This document shows, one piece after another, positions 20,201 to 31,283 of a stretch of DNA of 64,000 nucleotides; position 1 is the first letter of the stretch, and each line of letters starts with the position of its first letter. The notes below the pieces were generated by a model. That model saw only the letters and a program-made list of their open reading frames with translations. It made no database searches and was not told where the DNA came from. Source of the DNA: Anaeromyxobacter sp. (lineage in GTDB: Bacteria; Myxococcota; Myxococcia; Myxococcales; Anaeromyxobacteraceae); contig JASGJN010000022.1 of assembly GCA_049840735.1 (NCBI GenBank), positions 704,001 through 768,000 of the forward strand, read 5' to 3'. The position numbers and the translations under genes are program-made.

Positions 20201-23200
20201 CGCGCAGCGCGTGGGCGGCGTGGTCCGGCGGCACGCCCTCGCGGCGCGCGAACAGCTCGAGCGGCTCGGCGGCGGAGGCGCCGGGCAGGTGGGCGCGCCG
20301 GTGGAGCGCGTGGGCCTCGGCCAGGCGGCGATCGGGCGGCAGCGCCGCCAGCGCGTCGCGGTAGGCCAGGTCGGCCTCCGCGTGGCGCTCCAGCGAGGCC
20401 AGGAGCCGCGCCTGCTCCAGCAGCCGCGGGCCGCGCTGCGCCGGGAGCCGCTCGGCCAGCTCCCCCAGCCGCTCCGCCACCGCGGCCCGATCGCCGGCCG
20501 CCTCGGCGGCGGTCAGCGAGGCCTCGATGGCCTCCGGATCGCGCGGGGCCAGGGTGCGGGCCTCGTCGGCCGCCGCGCGGGCCGCGGCCGGGTCGCCGGC
20601 GGCCAGCGCCAGGGCCGAGAGGCGCAGCAGCGCGGCCGGGCGTCCGCCGGTGGGCAGCAGCGGGACCAGCGGGGCCAGGACCTCGCGCTCCGCGGCGGCG
20701 TCGCCGGCGGCGCGGGCCAGGTCGACCAGCGCGGTGCGGACCGCCCGCGACCACTCGCGCCCGGGGGCGGCCTCCAGCGCCGCGGCCAGCGCCTGGCGCG
20801 CGCCGGGCCGCCCGGCGGACAGCGCCGCCAGCGCGGCCTCCGCCAGCCGGTCGCCGGCGTCCGGCTCGCCGCGCTCTGCCGCGCGCGCGGCGCGGGCCTG
20901 CAGCGCCTCGGCGGCGCCCGCGGCGTCGCCGGCCCGGCCCGCCAGCTCGGCGCGCAGCTCCAGCGCCGCGTCGTCCTCCGGCGCCCGGGCCGCGGCCTCG
21001 CGCAGCGCGTCCAGGGCCTCGGCGTGCCGTCCCTCCGCGGAGAGCAGCTGGGCGCGCTGGCGGTGCGCGGCGGCGGCGGCCTCGGCTGGCGCGCCGGGGT
21101 GGGCCCCCAGCCGCGCCAGGAGCTCGGCGCGGCGCGCCGCCGGCACGGCCGCGGCGCGCCCGGGGGCGCACAGCGCGCGCAGCGCCGGCAGCGAGGCCGG
21201 GTCGTGCTCCAGGGCCTCCTCCAGCAGCGCCACCGCGCCGACCTCGTCGCCGCCGCCGGCCAGGAGCGCGGCCCGCTCCAGCCGGACCGCGACCGCGTCG
21301 GTGCCGCGGGCCACCGCCCGGCGCAGGTCCAGCACCTCCGCCAGCGCCGGCCGGTCGCCGGCGACGCGGTGGAGCGCGGCCAGGCGGGCCAGGGCGCCGT
21401 CGTCGTCCTGGACCAGCCCGCAGTAGGCGCTCAGGTGGCGGCGGGCGGCGTCGCCGTCGCCCAGCGCCGCGGCGCAGCCGGCGGCCAGCGCCAGCAGCGC
21501 GGGGCGCTCGGCCGGCTCGAGCTCGCCGGCCAGCGCGGCCTCGGCGTCGCCCAGGGCGGCGCGCGGATCCTGCCCGGCTCGCGCGGCGGCGCGGCGGGCG
21601 CGGGCCGGGGCGTGGCCGGGGTCGCAGGCCACCGCCACGTCCAATGCGCCGGGGTCGGGGTCGAGCGCGTGGGCGCGGCAGGCCAGCAGCGCCCCCTCGC
21701 GCCCGCCGGCGCGCCGGGCCTGGCGCAGCAGCGCGGTGGCCGCGCCCCGGGCGTCGCCGCCCGCCAGCCGCAGCTCGGCCAGCCGCGGCAGCGCGGCCGC
21801 GGCCAGCGCCTCGTCGTCGGCGGCGTGCTCGAAGGTGGCCAGCGCGCGATCGCCGTCGCCGGCCGCCAGCCACAGCTCGGCCGCCTCCAGCGGGCGGCCC
21901 ACCCGCTCCAGCAGCGCGGCGGCCTCGGCGGCGCGCCCCAGCTCCTGCAGCAGGGCCGCCGCCTCGGCGGGGTGGGCCAGGCCGGAGAGCAGCGCGCCGC
22001 GGTCGGCGGCGCCGGCCAGCAGCTCGGTCAGCAGCGCCCCCGCCTCCGGGCTGCGCGCCGCCACCGCCCGCTCGGCGTGCTCCAGCGCGGCGGCGGGCTC
22101 TCCCGCGGCCAGCGCCGCCCGGGCGGCCCGGACCTCCAGCGCGGGGGCCTCGCCCGCCGGCGCGCCGGCCAGCAGCGCCCGCAGCGAGCCCAGCGCCAGG
22201 CGCGGGTCCCCGGCCGCCTCGGCCAGCTCGGCCTGGGCGCGCAGCACCTCCGCATCGCCCGGCGCCGCCGCGCGGGCCTCGGCCAGCGCGGCCAGCGCGC
22301 CCTGGGCGTCGGACGGCGCCAGCAGCCGCGCCCGCTCCAGCCAGGCCGCGGCCGCCGCCGGCGCGTCGCCGCCCGCCGCCGCGCCCGCCGCCACCTCGAT
22401 GAGGAGCGCCGCCACCGCGGCGCCGTCGCCGGCGCGGCGGCAGAGCCGCAGCTCCGCCTCCAGCCGCTCGCGGGTGGGCTCGGCCTCGCGGGCCAGCCGC
22501 GCGGCGCGCGCGGCGCCGGCCAGGTCGCCGGCCCGCTCGCCGGCCACGGCGATCCGGTCGTGCAGCGCGGCCACCTCGGCCGGCGCGGCGGCGCCCGGCA
22601 GGAGCCGCAGCAGCGCGTCCCGCTCGGCCAGGCCGTCGCCGCGCGCGCCGGCGATGGCCGCCAGCCCCAGCAGCGCGGTCCGGCTCTCCGGCGCGTGGCC
22701 CAGCGCGGCGGCGAACCGGCGCTGCGCCTCGTCCGGCCGCCCGGCGGCCAGCAGCGCCTCGCCGGCCTCGGCCAGCAGCGCGGCGGCCTCCTCCGGCCCG
22801 GCCGCCAGCGGGGCCAGCCGGTCCAGCGCCGCGGCCAGCCCGGCGTGGCGCCCCAGCGTCCGCTCCAGCCCGGCCAGCCGCTGCAGCAGCGCCGCGTCCG
22901 CCGGCGTGGCCGCCGCGGCCGCCTCCAGGTGCGCGGCGGCGGCGGCCGGATCGGCCAGCCGGCGCTCGGCCACGTCGGCCAGGGCCACGCGGGTGCGGGC
23001 GGTGAGCGCCGCGGCGCCGGGCGCGGCCGGATCGAGCGAGGCCAGCACAGCGGCGTGGTGGTCGGCCGCCTCCTGCCACTGGCCCAGCCGCTCGGCCGCG
23101 GCGGCGGCGCGGGCGTGGACGTCGGCGGTGGGAGCCAGCTCGGCCGCCTCGCGGTAGCGGAGCAGCGCGTTCTCCGGGTGGGCCAGCGGCCCCTCCCAGA

Positions 23201-24701
23201 GCGCGGCGGCCTCCAGCGCGGCGGCGGCGGCGGCCGGGCGGTGGCCGCGCGCCACGTGCAGCGCCTTGAGCCGGTCCAGCGCGCGCACCGCGCGGAGCCC
23301 CTCTCCGGCCACCGCGCAGGCGCGGGCCAGCGCGGCCAGCGCGCCGGGGTCCTCGGGGGCCAGGCGCAGCGCCTGGTCCAGGTGCAGCCGGGCCGCGGGC
23401 GGGTCGGCGTGGAGCAGCAGCTCGCCCAGCTCGGCGTGGGCCCGGGCCTTCTCGGCGTCGTCCGGGTCGTAGGCCACGATGCGGCGGTCGGCGCGGAGCA
23501 GCGCCTCGCGGTCGCCGGCGGCGGAGGCCAGCGCGCGCAGGGCGCGCAGGGCCGGGACGTGATCGCGGCGCTGGGCCAGGGCCAGCTCCACCGCGCGCGT
23601 GGCGTCCTCGCGGGCCGCGCCGGGCAGGGCGAAGGCGGCCTCGGCGGCGGCCAGCGCGGTGAAGGCCTCGCCGCGCTCCGAGGCTCCCTGGGCCAGGCCG
23701 GCCAGCGCGCGGGCGGCGCGGGCCTCCTCGCCGCGGGCCAGCCGCACCAGCGCCTCGGCCATCAGCGAGGGCGCGAAGCCCGGGCGGCGGTTGAGCCAGT
23801 CGGCGGCCAGGTCCAGCGCCTCGTCGTGGAACCGCTCCTCCAGCGCCAGCAGCGAGAGGAGCCGCTCGGCGGCGAAGGGGTGGGCGGCGGCGGCGGGGCC
23901 GGCCTCCAGCAGGAGCTCGCGGGCGCGGTCGGTGTCGCCCGCGGCCAGCGCGGCCTCGGCGGCGGCGAAGGTGCGGGTGCCCTCCTCGGCCGCCAGCAGG
24001 TCGGCGTCGGCGGAGACCTCCACCGGGCCGGCGGCGCCGGTGGTCCAGGCCAGCACCGCCTGGCCGGCGGTGATCTGCGCCCGCGCCAGGCGCACCCCGG
24101 CGCCGCGCGGCAGCTTCCAGCCCCGCGGCGCCAGCACCTGCCGGAGCAGCGGCGCGATGGGATCGGCCTGCCAGGCGTCCGCGCCCAGCGCGGCGACCGC
24201 CCTGGCCGCGAGGTGCGGGAGCGCGGCGGCCGGGAGCGGCGCGGGGCCCAGCAGGCGCGGCGAGTGGAACAGGAGCCGGACGCCGTTCTCGCCCTCGCCG
24301 GCCAGCAGCCCGGCCTTGAGCGAGAACGCGGGCCCGGCCACCAGCCGCCCGGCCAGCTCGGCGAACCCCTCGCGCAGCGCCACGCGCAGGTCGGCCACGC
24401 CCAGCGCCGCCAGCGGCGCCCGGGCCGCGGCGCCCTCCAGCAGCGCGGGGCCGGCGGTGACGCGCAGCTCGGTCAGATCGCTGAGCCGGTGACGGAACTG
24501 CGCCGCGCCCTGGCCGGCGTCGAACGGGAGCTTCACGTCCGGTACGCGCAGCGAGAGGACCTGGAGCTGGAGGCCGGGGCTGATCTCCCGGTCCGCGAGG
24601 CGCACGGAGGCCCCGCCGCGCTCCAGGCGCAGCTCGAACCCCGTCCCGCTCCTGGGTGGCGTCGCCGGAGGGGCGGAGGCGGTCTTGTTCACCTCCGCCA
24701 T
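14210..24701 (-). CDS. Giant (~3,500 aa) Ala-rich TPR-like helical repeat protein; extra A at ~19857
   Basis: The ORF from 24701 joins ORF 14210-19663 through FAL-DPDRGRAARDL when CTCGAATCC is read as CTCGATCC; many TPR-like units (ALALDP, ALRLAPED) and Pro/Glu linkers. Confidence 0.85.
17513..17658 (-). repeat. 39-bp in-frame tandem repeat (~3.7 units) in the giant TPR gene
   Basis: GG(C/T)TCGGGCGCGGCGA recurs at 17526, 17565, 17604 and 17643, encoding AAPEPAEPPxDx(F/L). Confidence 0.85.
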
Positions 24702-24998
24702 GGGGGCGAATTCTACCGGAGGACCGGGAGGTTCGCGAATCGCCGCCCGCGGCCCGGGCCCGGCTGGCCGGGGCTGGGGTGGGAGCGGCGCTTACGTCGC
24801 ACGCCGTCGCGGCGGCCGCCGGTGCCGCACCGCTCCGGCGGCAGCGATATCGAGTCGGGGGAGCGTGGGGCAGGGGTCGCCCGACCGTCGGGTATTCCCG
24901 GGTGCGCTGGCCGCGCCGGCGGGCAGGCCGCCCCGAAGAGCGGAGGGCCCGAGGCGTTCGACGCCCCGGGCCCAGGTCTGCAGCGAGCGGCTGCCCGC

Positions 24999-27900
24999 TT
25001 ACGGCGTCGCCGCCGCCGATCCCTTGGCCCGGCCGTCCTGGGCCACCGTCGAGGGCGGCCGGCGGTAGAGCACGAAGGCGCGGCGGGAGAAGAAGTCCTC
25101 GTCCAGGCGGGCGAAGACCACCACCGTGTTCATGCCGGCCTTGAGCGGCAGGTCGGTGCTGAACTCGATCCGCTGTGCGGTGGCGTCCTCCGGCTGGACC
25201 CGGAAGAAGACCTTCTGGTCGTTGACCATCACGTAGAGGTCGCGGAGGCGGGCCTGCGGGTCGGCGGAGGGCGGCAGCTCGGCGGCGCCCGAGAGCTTCC
25301 AGGTGTCCGCCTCGACGATGGGCAGCCCGCGCGCCGGGTCGGGCGCGAGCGTGATGCGCGGCGGCTCGCGCTGCCAGGCGGGCTCGGCGGCGCCGGGGCG
25401 GGCGGTGGCGGCGGCCGGCTTCACGGCGGCGGCCGGGACGAAGCCGAACCTGCCCTTGCCCCAGTCCACCCGGACCAGGTCGCCGGCGTGGCCGCTGACG
25501 GCCAGGACGGCGCCGCGGGCGGCGGTGGCCACCACCGGCGCGTCCAGGCTGGCGGCCGCGCGCACCGGCAGGCTCGCGCCCTCCACCCGGACGGCGCCGG
25601 TGGCCGGGGTGACCCGGGGGGGCTTCTTCGCGGCGGGGAGGTCCAGCTTGTCCTGGGAGAGCTCGACCATCTCGCCGTCCACCACCGCCACCTGCACCGG
25701 CAGCTCCTTGAGCGTGCCGTCGCGGAGCGAGACCTCCATGGTGGTGGACCTGCTCTCGCCCGGCTTCAGCGTGCCGACGACGTCGCGCCCCTTGTCGATG
25801 AAGAGCTTCTCGTCGCCAAGGTTCTTGAGCTGGACGTAGGTCTTGGCGCCGGACGGGCCGGTGCCGACGTTGTGCACGTCCACGCGCACCGTGAACGACT
25901 CCTTCGGCTGCGGGATGCCGTCGCCGTTGCCGCCGGTCCGGTCGTCCACCTGCACGCTGAAGGCGAAGGCCGGGCGGGCCAGCTCCTCGACGCCCAGCGA
26001 GGCGACCAGGTCGGGCGGCGCCTTGCCGCCGTCGTCGTCGAAGTGGAAGGTGACCTCGTCACGGCGCGTGAAGGAGCCCTTGGGCACCTTCACCGGCACG
26101 TTCCAGCTGCGCCGCTCGCCGGGGCGGACGGCGCCGAAGACGAACTCGCGCCGGTCCAGCTGCGCGTTGTTCTCGGAGGAGGACCAGGCCCGCAGCCGGT
26201 GGAAGGGGGCGTTCCCCTTGTTCTCCACGGTGAGCGTCCAGTTCATGGTCTCGCCGGCCTCCACGGTGCGCGCCTCCGGCGGCGTCCAGGTCACCACCGC
26301 GCGCGGCGTGCCGGCCTCGGCCTTCCCCGGGCTCCAGTCCACGCCCAGCTCGCGCAGCCGCTGCTCGATGCGGGCCTTCTCCTGGTCGGAGCGCTCCGCC
26401 ACCAGCTTCTCCGCCGCCTTGAGCAGCCGCGGGCGGTCGACGGCCTGCGGGGCCTGGCGCAGCAGCTCGCCGGCGAACTTGATCTGGTAGTCCTCGACGA
26501 ACTGGTCCGGATCGGCCTCGCTCTCCTCGTCCTCCTGCTGCTCGGGCGTGATCTCCAGCGAGGCGTGATCGGCCGGCTGCCCGGCCGCGTCGCGGGCCTT
26601 GCCCTTCTCCGGCTTGTCCTCCAGCAGGTAGCGCAGCTCCAGCGCCGCCTGCTCGACGCGCTTGGGCCGCGGGGCGTCGGCGGTGGCGGAGGGGTTCGAG
26701 AGGTGGGCGTCGAGGTCCACCTCGCCGGTGGAGCGGGGCGGGGCGAAGTAGCTGATCTGCTCCTTCACGGCCCGGCCGGGCAGCAGCAGCACGTCGGGGG
26801 TGATGCCGGTTCTCCTGGATGGAGATGTCACCCGGCGTGAGGTACTGCGCGATGGTGAGCTTGAGCGCGGCCGGCTCGTCCCGCTTCTGCTGCAGGGCGG
26901 GGTACTCGTAGAGCACCTGCACCGAGCCCTTGCCGAAGGTCTGGCGGCCCACGATCAGCGCCCGGTTGTTGTTCTTGAGCGCGCCGGCCACGATCTCGGA
27001 GGCGGAGGCGGAGCCGTTGTTGACCAGCACCACCAGCGGCAGGTCGGTCCGGTCGGCGCGGTCCGGGTCGGCCTCGCGCACGTCGTTGATGCTCTGCGCG
27101 TGGCCCGAGCCGACCGTCTTCACGATCACGCCGCGGGAGATGAAGAGGTTGGAGACCTCGACCGCCTGCTCCAGCAGGCCACCGGGGTTGCCGCGCAGGT
27201 CGAGCACCAGCCCGGTGAGCTTCCCGCCCGCCTGGCTGGTCTGGGCGTTGATGGCCTGGTCGAGGTCGCGCGCCGTGGTGCCGGAGAACTGCGAGAGCCG
27301 GACGTAGCCCACGTTGCCGGGCAGCAGCTGGGCCTGCGAGACCGTCTCCACGTTGATCATGTCGCGGCGGATCCGGATGGGCCGCGGGTCGCCCTTGCCG
27401 GTCTGCACGACCAGGGTCACCGGCGTGTTGGGCGTGCCGCGCAGCCGGTCCACCGCGTCCTGCAGGTCCATGTTGACGGTGGACTGCTCCTCGATGCGCG
27501 TGATGACGTCGCGCGCCTTGATGCCGGCGCGCTGCGCGGGGGTGTTCTTCAGCACCTTCACGACGGTGAGCTTCCCGTCGCGCATGGTGATGACGAAGCC
27601 CACGCCGCCGAACTCGCCCCGCATCTGGAGCTTCATCTCCTTGTACTGCTTCGGCTCCATCATCACCGAGTGCGGATCGAGGGTCTGGAGCATGCCGTTG
27701 GCGGCGGCGTACTCCACGTCGCTCATGTCCTTGTGGGCCACCAGGTTCTGGCGGATGAACGCCATCGCCTCCTGGATGGGCTCCTGCATCGTGATGAGGC
27801 TGTCGCGCTCGACCCTGGAGATGTCGATCTCGCGCCGCGCCTTGCCGACCGTCAGCACCAGCCGGTCGGAGGTGTCGTCGCCGGTGACCATCACCTCGGC

Positions 27901-28224
27901 CACGGTCTTCTCCACCGCCTCGAGCGCCGCCACGACCATCTTCCGCGCGTCGAAGCGCGACCGGTCCACGTAGCTGTCGTGCACGCGCCAGAGCGCCGCC
28001 GAGAAGACGTTCAGCCCCGCGCCGTCGGTGCGGTACCAGGGCGGGCGCGCGCTGGGCCCGTCGTACGCGACCGGCCCCGCGGCGCGGACCCCGCCCGCGG
28101 GCGGCGCGGCCGGCGGCTGGGTGGGGGCCGCGGCGGCGTCGGCGTGCGCGAGGCTGACGGCGGCGCCGAGGGCGAGGGCGGCCGTGGCCGCCAGGATGGC
28201 GGACAGGCGGAACGGGCGGTTCAT
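24999..28224 (-). CDS. S41A carboxy-terminal processing protease with long C-terminal extension (myxobacterial MXAN_5808-like); extra A at ~26811
   Basis: LDPHS, PDZ (FGGVG), LDLRGNPGG, SASASEI, TFGKGSVQ, YLTPG..IQE/TGITPD; C-terminal Ig-like and SH3b-like segments. Confidence 0.9.
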
Positions 28225-28396
28225 GAAGGGCCTGGGCTGGAGAGGGGAGCGCAAACCGAAAGACCTGTGTTCAACGGAGCTTAGGTTGCTGCCGGGAAGC
28301 GTGCAAGCAGATCGGCCCGGCCAGGGAACAACAGCCAGCCGCGCCGGCTATGCCCGCCGGGTGCCCGCCCGCCCTGCCTGGAGCAGCCCGGAGAGC

Positions 28397-28909
28397 TCAG
28401 TCCTCGCGCTCATGGGAGGCCGGAGCCGGCGCAACCCCTTGCCCCGCCGGCGCTCCCGGCTCCAGGTAGGCGCGGATGGCGCCGTGCCCGTACACCAGCT
28501 CGCCACCCCGCTTCCCGGCCACGAACCCCAAGCCGGCCACCCCGACCGTGCCCAGCGTGGCCAGCAGCGCCACGCCCGCCGCCCACCTGGCCGGGACCGC
28601 CAGCGCCGCCACGGCCACCACCAGCACCGCCGCGGCGGTCCAGACGAAGGCCTCGGCCACCTCCTCGTGGGCCTCCACCGCCTGCTCGCCCACGACGCGC
28701 TCCACCCGCGCCGCCTCGCGCTCCCCGGCCGCCATGGCCGTGAAGCCGCCGCCCACCACCAGCAGCAGCAGCGCCACCACCACGCCGAAGGAGGTGCGCG
28801 GCAGGCGCCCGGCGCGGATGGCGAGGGTGAGGCCCACGGCGACCAAAGGCAGCGCGATGGCGACGCCCAGCGGCAGGTGGACCAGGGCGGGGTGCAGGGG
28901 AATGTTCAC
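28397..28909 (-). CDS. DUF2231-like membrane protein
   Basis: PLHPALVHLP, EAHEE and GGELVYGHG motifs; four hydrophobic segments. Confidence 0.8.
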   Translation of the reverse strand: MNIPLHPALVHLPLGVAIALPLVAVGLTLAIRAGRLPRTSFGVVVALLLLVVGGGFTAMAAGEREAARVERVVGEQAVEAHEEVAEAFVWTAAAVLVVAVAALAVPARWAAGVALLATLGTVGVAGLGFVAGKRGGELVYGHGAIRAYLEPGAPAGQGVAPAPASHERED

Positions 28910-29125
28910 GGAAGGTCCTCCTTGCGAGCGCTGCGGGGTGCAGCAGCCGCGACGAGGCATGGCATGGGATGGCCCCGCTGTCTGCCCTGGCGTGGGCCTG
29001 GCCCCGCGGCCCCGCGGGGGAGGGGTGCAGGGCACCTGGGCGCAGGAGGGCGGACGGGGCGAACGGCCACGCGACGGCGGACAGGCTGGTCCCGGCCGAG
29101 GCGCGCAGGTAGATTCCGGCGCGCC

Positions 29126-30490
29126 ATGTCGCTCGACGCCCGCGTCCAGGAGAGCCCGCCCATCGGCGGGATCGAGGAGCTCGCCCGCTACTTCGCCGAG
29201 CGGGAGCGCCCCCGCGCGGACTGGAAGGTGGGGCTGGAGCACGAGAAGCTGGTGATCCGGGCCGGCACCACCGAGGCCATCCCCTACGACGGCGAGCAGG
29301 GCGTGGCGGCGCTGCTGGGCGACTTCACGCGCTGGGGCTACGAGCCGTTCCGCGAGGACGGGCGGATCATCGCCTCGCAGTGCTCCGGGCTGACGGTCTC
29401 CATCGAGCCGGGCGGGCAGATCGAGCTCTCCGGGCGCCCCTTCGCCGACGTGCACGTGGTGGCGGCCGAGCTGGATCGCCACCTGGAGAAGTGCGCCGCG
29501 CTGGCGGCCGAGCGCAGGGTCGAGTTCCTGGCGGCCGGCTACCGGCCCTGGGGCACGCCCGCCACCACGCCCTGGATGCCCAAGAACCGCTACCAGGTGA
29601 TGCGGCCCTACCTGGCGGCCCGCGGGCGGCTGGGGCCGGACATGATGGCCATGACCGCCTCGGCCCAGGCCTCCTACGACTTCTCCTCGCCGGACGACAT
29701 GGCGGAGAAGCTCCGGGTGGCGCTGGCGGTCCAGCCCGCCGTCACGGCGCTGCTGGCCAACTCACCCATCGTGAACGGGCGGCCCAGCGGCTGGAAGAGC
29801 TTCCGGGTGGCGGTGTGGGAGGAGACGGAGCCGGCGCGCTCCGGGCTCCTGCCGTTCGTCTTCGAGCCGGGGTTCGTGGAGGACCCGTACCGTCGGTACG
29901 CGGCCTGGGCGCTGGACGTGCCCATGATCTTCGTCCGCCGCCGCGGCGCCTACCTCGATCCGCGCGGCCTCACCTTCCGCCGCTTCCTGGCGGAGGGGCT
30001 GGACGGGGAGCGGGCCACCCACGCCGACTGGGAGGACCACCTCACCACGCTCTTCCCGGAGGTGCGGGTGAAGGGCGTGGTCGAGGTGCGCGGCGCCGAC
30101 GCCGGCGACGCGGCCCACACCAAGGCGCTGGTGGCGTTCTGGAAGGGCATCCTCTACGACCGCGAGGCGCGCGCCTGGGCCTGGGACGCGGTGAAGCAGC
30201 TGACGGTGCCGGCGCGGCGCGCCCTGATGGTGGCGGCCGGCCGCGAGGGGCTCGCGGCGCGGCTGCCGGACGGCCGCACCCTGGCGCAGCTGGCCGGGAC
30301 GGTGCTGGAGGCGGCCCGGAACGGCCTCTGCCGCCAGCACTGCTGCGGCCAGCGCGGCGAGGACGAGCGGATGTGGCTCGACCCGCTGCGCGCCCGCGCG
30401 GCCTCGGGCCGGGCTCCCGCCGACGAGGCGCTGGAGGCGTTCGAGCGCGGCGGGGACGCGGCGCTGGCGAGGGCGCTGCGGATCGCCTGA
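29126..30490 (+). CDS. gshA: Glutamate-cysteine ligase, GCS2 plant-type
   Basis: VGLEHEK, SIEPGGQIELSG, WMPKNRY, ANSP, WEDHLTTLFPEVR and EVRGAD. Confidence 0.9.
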   Translation: MSLDARVQESPPIGGIEELARYFAERERPRADWKVGLEHEKLVIRAGTTEAIPYDGEQGVAALLGDFTRWGYEPFREDGRIIASQCSGLTVSIEPGGQIELSGRPFADVHVVAAELDRHLEKCAALAAERRVEFLAAGYRPWGTPATTPWMPKNRYQVMRPYLAARGRLGPDMMAMTASAQASYDFSSPDDMAEKLRVALAVQPAVTALLANSPIVNGRPSGWKSFRVAVWEETEPARSGLLPFVFEPGFVEDPYRRYAAWALDVPMIFVRRRGAYLDPRGLTFRRFLAEGLDGERATHADWEDHLTTLFPEVRVKGVVEVRGADAGDAAHTKALVAFWKGILYDREARAWAWDAVKQLTVPARRALMVAAGREGLAARLPDGRTLAQLAGTVLEAARNGLCRQHCCGQRGEDERMWLDPLRARAASGRAPADEALEAFERGGDAALARALRIA

Positions 30491-30498
30491 ACGGCGGT

Positions 30499-30537
30499 TC
30501 GTGATTCGTGATCACCTGACGGTGTCACGAATCACGA
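30499..30537. terminator. Long hairpin between convergent genes
   Basis: TCGTGATTCGTGA...TCACGAATCACGA 13-bp stem with inner CACC/GGTG stem; no clear U tail. Confidence 0.55.
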
Positions 30538-30548
30538 CAGCCAGCTCG

Positions 30549-31283
30549 TCACACCAGCTCCAGATCGGCCCGCGCCACCCAGCCCTCAAGGCCGTTCTCC
30601 AGCTGCACGCGGGCGGCCTGGCCGCGCAGCTCCAGCAGCCGCACCGGGGTCCCCTCGTGCAGCTCGAAGGCCGGCTTGAGGGCCGGCTCCGGCCCCTCGC
30701 GCACCGGCGAGGCGGGCGCGGTCACCACCGCCACCGGGACGCGGCGGTCGGCGGCGCGGGCGGCCAGCAGCGCGCCCCCGGCGGCGGCGGCCAGCGCGCA
30801 AACCACGGCCAGGCCGGTGAGGACGCCGCGCGCCCCCGGGCCGGCGCGGCGCCGCAGCGCCAGGGCCAGCCAGAGCAGCGCCCAGGGGGCGGCGAAGAGC
30901 GCCGTGGCCAGGGCGTCGCCGGTCCGCGCCACCAGCCGCTGGAGCAGCGGCTGCCCGGCGGCGCCCACCACGCGGTCCACGTTGCCGGCCTGGGCCAGCG
31001 CCAGGTTGGCGCGGGCGTCGGCGTCGCCGGGGTCGAGCCGCAGCGCGCGCAGGAAGCTGGCGGCGGCGGCGCCGCGGTGGCCCAGCCGCAGCCGCGCGTT
31101 GCCCTGGTTGAGGTGGAGCGCGGGGCCGTCCCAGCCGGCGTCGAGCAGGGCCTGGTAGCCGCCGGCCGCGGCCTGGAAGTCGCCGGCCAGGTAGGCGGCG
31201 TTGGCGGCCTCGAGCGCGGCGGCGGCCTCGGCGCGCTCGGCGGGGGCGGCGGCCAGGGCCGCGGCGAGCAGGAGCGTGATCAC
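30549..31283 (-). CDS. BatE-like TPR + SH3 protein
   Basis: N-terminal TPR (ANAAYLAGDF, LNQGNA, ANLALA), TM segments and C-terminal FELHEG...GLEGWV SH3 domain. Confidence 0.85.
   Translation of the reverse strand: MITLLLAAALAAAPAERAEAAAALEAANAAYLAGDFQAAAGGYQALLDAGWDGPALHLNQGNARLRLGHRGAAAASFLRALRLDPGDADARANLALAQAGNVDRVVGAAGQPLLQRLVARTGDALATALFAAPWALLWLALALRRRAGPGARGVLTGLAVVCALAAAAGGALLAARAADRRVPVAVVTAPASPVREGPEPALKPAFELHEGTPVRLLELRGQAARVQLENGLEGWVARADLELV

Noticed and set aside
13505..26840. Very long + strand ORFs (13505-19990, 19236-26840) and similar shadows such as 43478-48340 (+) and 50474-53263 (-)
   Set aside because: Antisense or off-frame shadows of real genes in very high GC DNA; Arg/Gly/Pro-rich with no recognisable motifs.
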